A stretch of 24,191 nt of DNA from Thermoleophilaceae bacterium (GTDB lineage Bacteria > Actinomycetota > Thermoleophilia > Solirubrobacterales > Thermoleophilaceae): NCBI GenBank assembly GCA_035633575.1, contig DASQER010000280.1:1-24191 (forward strand), given 5' to 3'. The notes beneath the pieces were generated by a model that did not search any database, was not told where the DNA came from, and saw only the letters and a program-made list of their open reading frames with translations. Both the position numbers and the translations under genes were made by a program. Below, one piece after another: positions 17,196 through 23,394 of this stretch (within the stretch, counting starts at the first letter, position 1; the number at the start of each line of letters is the position of its first letter).

Positions 17196-17899
17196 CCGAG
17201 GGCGAGGACCGCTTCGAGGACCTCTCGCCCGGCGAGCGCCTGGCCGAGCGCGACCGCACGCACCCCGAGCCGGTGCGGCGCCCGGAGGTGCCGAGGCCCG
17301 GGAACAAGTACGCTTGGCTCGTCGGGATACTGATGCTGATGGGGCTGGCGGTGCTGCTGTTCGTGCAGACGCTCCCGAACAGCGGCGAGGGCCTCCAGGG
17401 TCCCGAGCCCGGCCAGCGTCTCCCGGCCTTCGCCGCCCCGCTCGCCGGCGGCGATAAGGAGGGAGACGCGAACGTTTGCCAGAAGGAGCCGTGCAACGAG
17501 AACGCCGGGAAGGTCCCCGCCTGCGACGTCGAGGGCACCGGGATCGTCACGGTCTGCCCGCGGGAGCGCGGCGCGCGGGTGATCACGTTCGTCGTGACGC
17601 GCGGGACCGACTGCGAGCCGCAGGTCGACCGGGTCGAGCGGATCATGCGTGACTTCCCGGACGTGCGCTTCGTGACCGTTCTCAGCGGAGACACGAAGGA
17701 CGAGGCGCGCAACCTCGCACGCGCCCGGAGGTGGCGGCAGCCGGTGGCGGTGGACGAGGATGGGTCGCTCGTGAACCTCTACGGAGTGGGAGTCTGTCCC
17801 ATCACCGTCTTCGCCCAGAACGGGCGCGTCCGCGCCACGAACGTCGGCAACCTCACCGAGGCCGAGCTGCGACGGCAGGCGAGGCGGCTGACCGGATGA
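17192..17899 (+). CDS. Membrane-anchored thioredoxin-fold (TlpA/redoxin-like) protein lacking a canonical CxxC
   Basis: GTGA overlap; TM at residues ~41-58; TlpA-like pieces PGQRLPAF, QPVAVDEDGSLVNLYGVGVCPITVF and GNLTEAELRR; the active-site position reads TRGTDC. Confidence 0.7.
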   Translation: MTEGEDRFEDLSPGERLAERDRTHPEPVRRPEVPRPGNKYAWLVGILMLMGLAVLLFVQTLPNSGEGLQGPEPGQRLPAFAAPLAGGDKEGDANVCQKEPCNENAGKVPACDVEGTGIVTVCPRERGARVITFVVTRGTDCEPQVDRVERIMRDFPDVRFVTVLSGDTKDEARNLARARRWRQPVAVDEDGSLVNLYGVGVCPITVFAQNGRVRATNVGNLTEAELRRQARRLTG

Positions 17900-18531
17900 C
17901 CGAGCTGGACCTCGTCGACGGCTGGGTGGAGCCCGAGCTGGCGGAGGAGTTCCCGCAGCTCAGCCTGGTCCACGCGCGCGTGGCGGTCCGGCCCGGGCCC
18001 TCTCCGCGCGAGGTGAAGCAGCGGCTGCGCATGCTGGCCGATCGCTACACCGGCGGCAAGGTCGTGCACATGCGCCAGGACCCGGTGCCGTGGGCCTACC
18101 GGGTCTTCTCGCGCCAGGTGGGAATCGACCCGGACAACGACCGCACCCCGGTCGAGGCGGTGGCGCTGCGACGGCTGAAGCAGGGCGGCCTGCCCAGCCA
18201 GAACGTCGTGGACGACGCCCTGACGATCGCGATCTCGGAGACGGGCGTGCCGCTCGTGGCCCTCGACGCCGAGCGCGTGGACGGCGACCTCGGCCTGCGG
18301 CTGGCGCGCTCGGGCGAGACGCTCGCCGAGGTGCGCCCGCTGTCCGAGCGCCAGCTCGTGATGGCGGACGGCGAGCGGCCGGTGGCCGTGGTGCTGGGCG
18401 AGGTGGCCGAGGACGCCGGCGTGACTCCCGACACCGAGCAGATGATCCTCTGCGCGCTGGGCGTGAAGGGGGTGCCGCGCGTCAGCCTGGAGGAGGCGCT
18501 GTGGTGCGCGGCCGAGACGCTTTACAATTGA
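17896..18531 (+). CDS. Stand-alone B3/4 domain protein (PheRS beta-subunit editing-domain-like)
   Basis: ATGA overlap; 211 aa; WAYRVFSRQVGIDPD..RTPVEAVALRR, LPSQNVVDD, VPLVALDAERVDGDLGLRLARSGE and LVMADGERPVA match the B3/4 pattern. Confidence 0.82.
   Translation: MTELDLVDGWVEPELAEEFPQLSLVHARVAVRPGPSPREVKQRLRMLADRYTGGKVVHMRQDPVPWAYRVFSRQVGIDPDNDRTPVEAVALRRLKQGGLPSQNVVDDALTIAISETGVPLVALDAERVDGDLGLRLARSGETLAEVRPLSERQLVMADGERPVAVVLGEVAEDAGVTPDTEQMILCALGVKGVPRVSLEEALWCAAETLYN
18523..18528 (+). promoter_or_regulatory. Putative -10 element (TACAAT) for the 18538 gene, embedded in the B3/4 gene's last codons
   Basis: Near-consensus TACAAT in AT-rich terminal codons (CTT TAC AAT TGA), 9 nt before GTG 18538; no SD. 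Confidence 0.55.
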
Positions 18532-18537
18532 TCCGTC

Positions 18538-19017
18538 GTGCCTGACGTTCTAGACAGGACAGTCGGCCCGCTCGTACCGCGCACAGCTCCGGACGAACGC
18601 GCGGCGCGCCGCTCGCTCCTCGAGCAGGTGGCTCGGCTGGAGAACGAGCTCTCCCAGGTCTTCTGCTCCACGTGGCCGCGCAAGGGACTCCAAGCGCCCG
18701 CGGTCGCCGGGCGGGGCGGGGGACCGCGCCTGCTCTCGCTCGCCGAGCTCGAGGAGCTCCGCGACGATCTGGCGGACCGGGTGGCCGACACGCGCCGTGC
18801 GCTGTCCGACCGGACCTGGGTGGAGGAGCAGAACCGGCGCCAAATCGAAGAGATGCTGCTCGAGCCGGAGCGCCACAAGTGGGTGCGGGTCTCGCATGAG
18901 GACATCGGGGAGCCCGGCTGCCGCCACTGGCACGTGCGGCCGCGCTGGAGCTTCATCGGGATGCTCATGGGTTGGTGGCGCGTCGTGATCAGCTCCGGTT
19001 GCCCGTTAGCCACCTGA
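18538..19017 (+). CDS. Hypothetical protein (helical N-terminus, Cys/His/Trp-rich C-terminus)
   Basis: 159-aa ORF with typical codon bias; C-terminal GEPGCRHWHVRPRW...GWWRVVISSGCP. Confidence 0.8.
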   Translation: MPDVLDRTVGPLVPRTAPDERAARRSLLEQVARLENELSQVFCSTWPRKGLQAPAVAGRGGGPRLLSLAELEELRDDLADRVADTRRALSDRTWVEEQNRRQIEEMLLEPERHKWVRVSHEDIGEPGCRHWHVRPRWSFIGMLMGWWRVVISSGCPLAT

Positions 19018-19503
19018 ATGGGTAGGCGAAGCCGCAAGCGCGGGGACTCGACGACGCGCGAGGAGCGCGACGCCGCGCGCCGGGAGCGCGCGCGCGACCA
19101 GCGACCTCGGCCCCGGCCGGGCCGGCCGTCGATCCACGAGCGGCCGCCGGCGCCCTGGGGCAGCTTCCCGCTCTCCGAGCTCGTGATCCTGCTCGGGATC
19201 GTCCTGATCCTCTGGGGCGCGTTCAGCGGCAACGACGGAGAGCAGCTCCTCTTCGCCGGCCTCGTGGTCGCGTCGCTCGGCGGCGGGGAGCTGGCGCTGC
19301 GCGAGCACATGGGCGGCTACCGCTCGCACTCGACGCTGCTCGCGGGCGTGGCCGCGTTCGTGGCCGTGACGGCGGTCGCGCTCGGCCTCGGACCCGTGAA
19401 GGTGTGGACCCTGGTCGTGCTCGGTCTCGCCGTCTTCGCCGCTACCTTTTACGCGATGCGCGAGCTCTTCAAGCGCCGCTCGGGAGGACTCGGGTTCCGG
19501 TGA
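19018..19503 (+). CDS. Hypothetical integral membrane protein (~4 TM)
   Basis: ATG directly after the upstream TGA; Arg-rich N-terminus followed by four hydrophobic segments. Confidence 0.82.
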   Translation: MGRRSRKRGDSTTREERDAARRERARDQRPRPRPGRPSIHERPPAPWGSFPLSELVILLGIVLILWGAFSGNDGEQLLFAGLVVASLGGGELALREHMGGYRSHSTLLAGVAAFVAVTAVALGLGPVKVWTLVVLGLAVFAATFYAMRELFKRRSGGLGFR

Positions 19504-19964
19504 GCGAGCGCCGCCTGAGGATCGCCGGCCTGCACCACGTCACGCTCATCTGCGAGGACGTGGAGCGCTCGGTCGGCTTCTACCGCAACCTGCTCGGGAT
19601 GCGGGTGGTCAAGCAGACCGTCAACGAGGACGACCGGGGCGCGCGCCACCTCTTCTTCGGCGACGAGGAGGGCAAGCCCGGCACGCTGATCACCTGCCTC
19701 GAGTACCCGGAGCTGGACGAGGGGAGCGTCGGCCGCGGCTCGACCCATCACTTCGCCCTGGCCGTCGGCAGCGAGGAGGAGCTTCGGGCCTGGCACGACT
19801 ACCTCACGTCCCAGGGCATCCCGGTCACCGAGATGATGGACCGGACCTACTTCAAGTCGGTCTACCTGCGCGACCCCGACGGTCACATCGTCGAGCTGGC
19901 CACGACCGGCCCGGGGCTGACGGTGGACGAGCCGCTGGAGGAGCTGGGGCGGAAGCCGGTCTAG
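19500..19964 (+). CDS. VOC family (glyoxalase/ring-cleaving dioxygenase-like) protein
   Basis: GTGA overlap; GLHHVTL, FYRNLLGMRVVKQTVNEDD, HLFFGD, GSTHHFAL and DRTYFKSVYLRDPDGHIVELAT. Confidence 0.92.
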   Translation: MSERRLRIAGLHHVTLICEDVERSVGFYRNLLGMRVVKQTVNEDDRGARHLFFGDEEGKPGTLITCLEYPELDEGSVGRGSTHHFALAVGSEEELRAWHDYLTSQGIPVTEMMDRTYFKSVYLRDPDGHIVELATTGPGLTVDEPLEELGRKPV

Positions 19965-20198
19965 CTGCGGCCGACGTGGCTCGTCGCGTTCGTATCGCTG
20001 TGCGATCGAATCTCGTCAAACGCCCATGCAGAACTCGCCACTCGCCTCGTCTGGCGAGGCGCGTGGCACATTCGCACGCATATGGAAAGGCCAGCGCACC
20101 TCACGCGCGTGCGGAAGGGGCGAAAGGCGACTTGTTGCCCCACCCCTTCACCGCTGCTGTAAGCGCTGAGTTAGCGGCGACCGCGGCGAGAGACAGGC

Positions 20199-20238
20199 GA
20201 GCGAGAGGCGGCCGGCCTCTCCCCGGCCGCCCTCGCTC
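20199..20238. terminator. Strong hairpin, probable terminator for the mIHF-like gene (possibly bidirectional)
   Basis: GAGCGAG-A-GGCGGCCGG [loop CCTCTCC] CCGGCCGCC-CTCGCTC, 16 bp, ending 8 nt from the stop at 20247; no U tract. Confidence 0.65.
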
Positions 20239-20246
20239 TGCTCCGG

Positions 20247-20639
20247 TCAGGCGGCCGTCAGCGCGCGTTCGCGTGTCGCAAGCGAGGCCCGCGCGGGGGC
20301 ATCTGTTCCTGCCGGGGTGTTCTTTGCGGTGAGCACAGCGGCCACTGCCAGGCGCTGGCGCTCGGTGAGCGTCCCGACCTGCTTGTTCTCCGGGACGCCG
20401 AGGGAGACCAGCAGCCTTCTGCAGCGGGCCCTGCCCCAGCGCTTCTGGCTCATCAGCAGGTCGCTGATCGACATGCTGTGCGCCTGCCAGGGGCAGCTGA
20501 GGACGACCTCAGCAGCCGAGAGCTCGCCCGCTGCGATTCGACGCTTCATTCGAGCCCGGGCGAGACGTACGCGATTGGCGTACTCCAGCGCCCGCAGATG
20601 CTGCTCTTGACCAGCGTCGATCGTGGCCGACTTGCCCAT
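20247..20639 (-). CDS. mihF: Actinobacterial integration host factor (mIHF/sIHF)-like nucleoid-associated protein
   Basis: ATG 20639 after GGGGAGG; 130 aa. EQHLRALEYANRVRLARARMKRRIAAG...MSISDLLMSQKRWGRARCRRLLVSLGVPENKQVGTLTERQR follows the mIHF pattern (EQRAAALEKA..AR..RAELK..LK.G...MKVSALLE.LP.VGKV.A..IM..L.I...RRL.GL.DRQR). Orthologue versus paralogue is unresolved. Confidence 0.8.
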   Translation of the reverse strand: MGKSATIDAGQEQHLRALEYANRVRLARARMKRRIAAGELSAAEVVLSCPWQAHSMSISDLLMSQKRWGRARCRRLLVSLGVPENKQVGTLTERQRLAVAAVLTAKNTPAGTDAPARASLATRERALTAA

Positions 20640-20778
20640 CAGACCTCCCCGCACTACGTGCGATGCAATTGCAACGACATGAGTGATGCAGATTCCCCGA
20701 TGCCTCCTGGCAGCGGCGCGAAATGCGTGAGCGGGCGGGCCAGTCACGCGGTTCCAAGCTGCCCCGAGGCCGAGGCCC

Positions 20779-20807
20779 ATCAAAGCCTCTCCCGGGGCGA
20801 GCGTCAA
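20779..20807 (-). promoter_or_regulatory. Putative sigma-A-type promoter for the mIHF-like gene (TTGACG-17-TTTGAT)
   Basis: Near-consensus -35 at 20802-20807 with a 17-nt spacer; the -10 is non-consensus (lacks the -11 A). Confidence 0.35.
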
Positions 20808-20885
20808 CCCACGCCGGGGCTCCCTGTCGCTAAGAGCGGCCTTTTCGTGAACGGGCCGGTGGGGAGGCCCGGCGGCGGCTCCGGG

Positions 20886-20891
20886 TATGTT
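20886..20891 (+). promoter_or_regulatory. Putative -10 element (TATGTT) of a leaderless pyk promoter
   Basis: TANNNT 8 nt before ATG 20900; no SD. Confidence 0.5.
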
Positions 20892-20899
20892 GCAGGCGC

Positions 20900-22315
20900 A
20901 TGCGCTCGACCAAGATCGTCGCCACGATAGGCCCCGCGTCCAAGGACCCGGAGGTCCTCGAGAAGATGATCGCGGCCGGCATGGACGTCGCCCGGCTGAA
21001 CTTCGCGCACGGCACCTCGGAGCAGCACGCGGAGATCGCCGCGAGCGTCCGCGCGGCGGCGGAGCGGGCCGGCCGCGACGTGGCGATCCTGGGCGACCTG
21101 CCCGGCCCCAAGTTGCGCCTCGGCCCGGTGGCCGGGGGCGTGGCCGAGCTGGTCCGGGACTCGCGCGTGGTGCTGACGCCGGAGCCCGTGGAGGGCACCT
21201 CCGAGCGGCTGCCGGTGGCCTGGGAGGGCTTCTCCGGGCTGGTGAGCGAGGGCGACGTGCTCTACCTCGCGGACGGCGCCGTCCGGCTGAGGGTCGAAGA
21301 GGTGAACGACGGCGAGGTTGTGACGAAGGTGGAGGTGGGGGGCAGCGTGGCCTCCCGCCAGGGGCTCAACCTGCCCAACGTGACGGTCTCCCTGCCGGCG
21401 GTCAGCGAGGAGGACATCGGCCTGATCGACGCCGGGCTCGACATGGGCGTGGACTTCTTCGCCCTCTCGTTCGTGCGCCGGCGCGAGGATCTCGACCCGG
21501 TGCACGAGCACCTGAAGGCCCGGGGCGTGGACGTGCCGCTGATCGCGAAGATCGAGAAGCCGCAGGCCGCGGCGAACGGCGAGGAGATCATCCAGGCGGC
21601 CGACGGCATCATGATCGCCCGCGGCGACCTCGGGATCGAGCTGCCGATCGAGGAGGTCCCGCTGGTCCAGAAGCGGCTGCTCGCCATGGCCGGGCGCCAC
21701 GCGACTCCGGCGATCACCGCGACCCAGATGCTCGAGTCGATGGTGCACTCCACCCGCCCGACCCGCGCGGAGGTGGCCGACGTGGCGAACGCCATCTTCG
21801 ACGGCACGGACGCGGTGATGCTCTCGCAGGAGACCGCGGTGGGGCGCCATCCCGTGCTGGCCGTCCAGATGATGGCCTCGATCGCTCAGACCACCGAGCG
21901 CGAGCTGCCCTACGGCCGCTGGCTCGCCGAGCGCGGGCCGCGCGCGAACAACCAGTACCACGCGATCGCGTTCGGGGCCGTGGGCGCGGTCTACCAGCTC
22001 GGGCTCAAGTGCATCGTCTCGCCGACCAACACCGGCACCACCGCCGGGCTGATCTCGGCCTACCGGCCGAAGGCTCCGGTGCTGGCGCTCTCGCCGCACC
22101 GGGAGGTCGTGCGCCGCTGCCAGCTGCTCTGGGGCGTGCACCCGCGCCTGCACGAGGAGCCGCTCGACACGCTCGGCCTGATCGAGGCCTGCGCGACGGT
22201 GGCGGAGCGCGAGGGCTTCGCGCAGACGGGCGACATGATCGGGATCACGGCCGGGCTGCCCGCCGGGCGCGCCGGCGGGACCAACCTCTTCAAGGTGCAC
22301 ACGCTGGAGGGCTAG
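20900..22315 (+). CDS. pyk: Pyruvate kinase (Lys-type, predicted K+-independent)
   Basis: TKIVATIGPAS, RLNFAHG, DLPGPKLR (Lys at the position that is Glu in K+-dependent enzymes), IAKIEK, ARGDLG, ATQMLESM, PTRAEVADVAN and DAVMLS.ETA. Confidence 0.97.
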   Translation: MRSTKIVATIGPASKDPEVLEKMIAAGMDVARLNFAHGTSEQHAEIAASVRAAAERAGRDVAILGDLPGPKLRLGPVAGGVAELVRDSRVVLTPEPVEGTSERLPVAWEGFSGLVSEGDVLYLADGAVRLRVEEVNDGEVVTKVEVGGSVASRQGLNLPNVTVSLPAVSEEDIGLIDAGLDMGVDFFALSFVRRREDLDPVHEHLKARGVDVPLIAKIEKPQAAANGEEIIQAADGIMIARGDLGIELPIEEVPLVQKRLLAMAGRHATPAITATQMLESMVHSTRPTRAEVADVANAIFDGTDAVMLSQETAVGRHPVLAVQMMASIAQTTERELPYGRWLAERGPRANNQYHAIAFGAVGAVYQLGLKCIVSPTNTGTTAGLISAYRPKAPVLALSPHREVVRRCQLLWGVHPRLHEEPLDTLGLIEACATVAEREGFAQTGDMIGITAGLPAGRAGGTNLFKVHTLEG

Positions 22316-22884
22316 CGGCTCGCCGCGCGCCTGCGCTCGCGGAACGCCCGCGCCTTCTCGACGTTCCCGCAGACCTCCATCTTGCACCAGCGCCCCGAGC
22401 GGTTCTTCGACTTGTCGTAGAAGGCCCACTCGCACGCCTCGCGCGGGCAGGCCTTGAGGCGCTCCCAGCGGCCGTGCTCGACCGCCGCGGCCACGATCGC
22501 CATGAGGCGGGCGATCGCCCCGTCCACTCCCTCGGCGTCGGGCACGAGCTCCGGGTCGCGGCCAGGCTCGAAGCGCAGGTGCACGCCGGCGCGCCGGACG
22601 GCGCGGTCGAGCCTCTCGACCCGCTGCCGGTCGAGCGGGTGGCCGTTGTTGTGGAGCAGCACGGCGCGCAGGCCCTCGCGGACGTCCACCGCCCGCCGCA
22701 GGTCGGCCGGGCCGACCGCCTCGCCCGCGTCCATCAGCCCGCGCTCGGCGAACCAGGAGCGCAGCGCCTCGGGGCTCACGAGCTCGTCCTCGCCGCTCTC
22801 GAGGTCGATGCTGTTCACGAAGCGCTGCACGAGGTAGAGCGGCTGCGGGGCTTTCTTCGCGGGGGAGGATTCGCCTGGTGCCAT
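22312..22884 (-). CDS. CGNR zinc-finger (ABATE domain) putative transcription regulator
   Basis: LVQRFVNS N-terminus and C-terminal RLKACPREACEWAFYDKSKNRSGRWCKMEVCGNVEKARAFRER; ATG 22884. Confidence 0.93.
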   Translation of the reverse strand: MAPGESSPAKKAPQPLYLVQRFVNSIDLESGEDELVSPEALRSWFAERGLMDAGEAVGPADLRRAVDVREGLRAVLLHNNGHPLDRQRVERLDRAVRRAGVHLRFEPGRDPELVPDAEGVDGAIARLMAIVAAAVEHGRWERLKACPREACEWAFYDKSKNRSGRWCKMEVCGNVEKARAFRERRRAASR

Positions 22885-22887
22885 AAC

Positions 22888-22916
22888 TGGCAAAAGAGTT
22901 TAGCTGGTGCTATGAT
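22888..22916 (+). promoter_or_regulatory. Putative promoter TGGCAA-17-(TG)TATGAT for the 22993 operon
   Basis: -35-like hexamer at 22888-22893, 17-nt spacer, extended -10 TGcTATGAT (22908-22916) in an AT-rich intergenic region; SD AAGGAG at 22980-22985. Confidence 0.6.
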
Positions 22917-22992
22917 TCCTGCATAACGATTTAGCCGGTTACTCTCACATTCACACGGCGGTGAGCGTTTATCCGGTGAAAGGAGATCGAAG

Positions 22993-23244
22993 ATGACCGA
23001 GCCGATCACCATCACCAACTACACCGAGGCGGATGCTCCGAAGGTCTGGCGGCTCGCCGCGCTCGACGACCGGCGTGCCCCGAGGGGCCCGGCGCTGCTG
23101 GCCTACGTCCACGGCGAGCTGCGCGCCGCTGTCGGAGTGAACGACGGCCACGCGGTGGCCGACCCGTTCCACCCCACCGCGGACATCGTCGACATGCTGC
23201 GCCTGCGGGCCCGGAGCGAGCTGACCGAGGCGGTGGCGGCATGA
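22993..23244 (+). CDS. Small hypothetical protein resembling a truncated GNAT N-terminal half
   Basis: Strong SD; 83 aa; ITITNYTEADAPKVWRLAALD...ALLAYVHGELRA echoes the GNAT beta1-alpha1/beta2-beta3 pattern but has no acetyl-CoA-binding motif A. Confidence 0.82.
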   Translation: MTEPITITNYTEADAPKVWRLAALDDRRAPRGPALLAYVHGELRAAVGVNDGHAVADPFHPTADIVDMLRLRARSELTEAVAA

Positions 23245-23339
23245 GCGCGGCACTCGCATGGGCGTTCGCGACGAGCCGCGAGGCCGAGCTTCGGCGCCTG
23301 AGCCGCAGCCCGCGCCGCCGGCGCCCCTGGAGGCGCTGA
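23241..23339 (+). CDS. Putative 32-aa basic peptide MSAALAWAFATSREAELRRLSRSPRRRRPWRR
   Basis: ATGA overlap with the upstream stop; below the ORF-track threshold and translated by hand. Confidence 0.45.
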   Translation: MSAALAWAFATSREAELRRLSRSPRRRRPWRR

Positions 23340-23394
23340 GTAGCCTAGATCGGCTGATGCCGAGCCCGCTGCCGACCCACACGGGGGCCGTCGC

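Noticed and set aside
4814-19511. Identical GTGAGCGAGCGC starts of mceG and the VOC gene (MSER, also in DUF1611)
   Set aside because: Short, and expected from (A/G)TGA overlap constraints and common N-terminal residues.
19986-20013. GTTCGTATC / GATCGAATC as tRNA T-loop-like motifs
   Set aside because: No acceptor, D or anticodon arms can be folded around them.
19961-20332. Small ORFs 19961-20143 (-) and 19976-20332 (+)
   Set aside because: No SD or -10 context, atypical codon usage, no motifs, and one overlaps mihF antisense.
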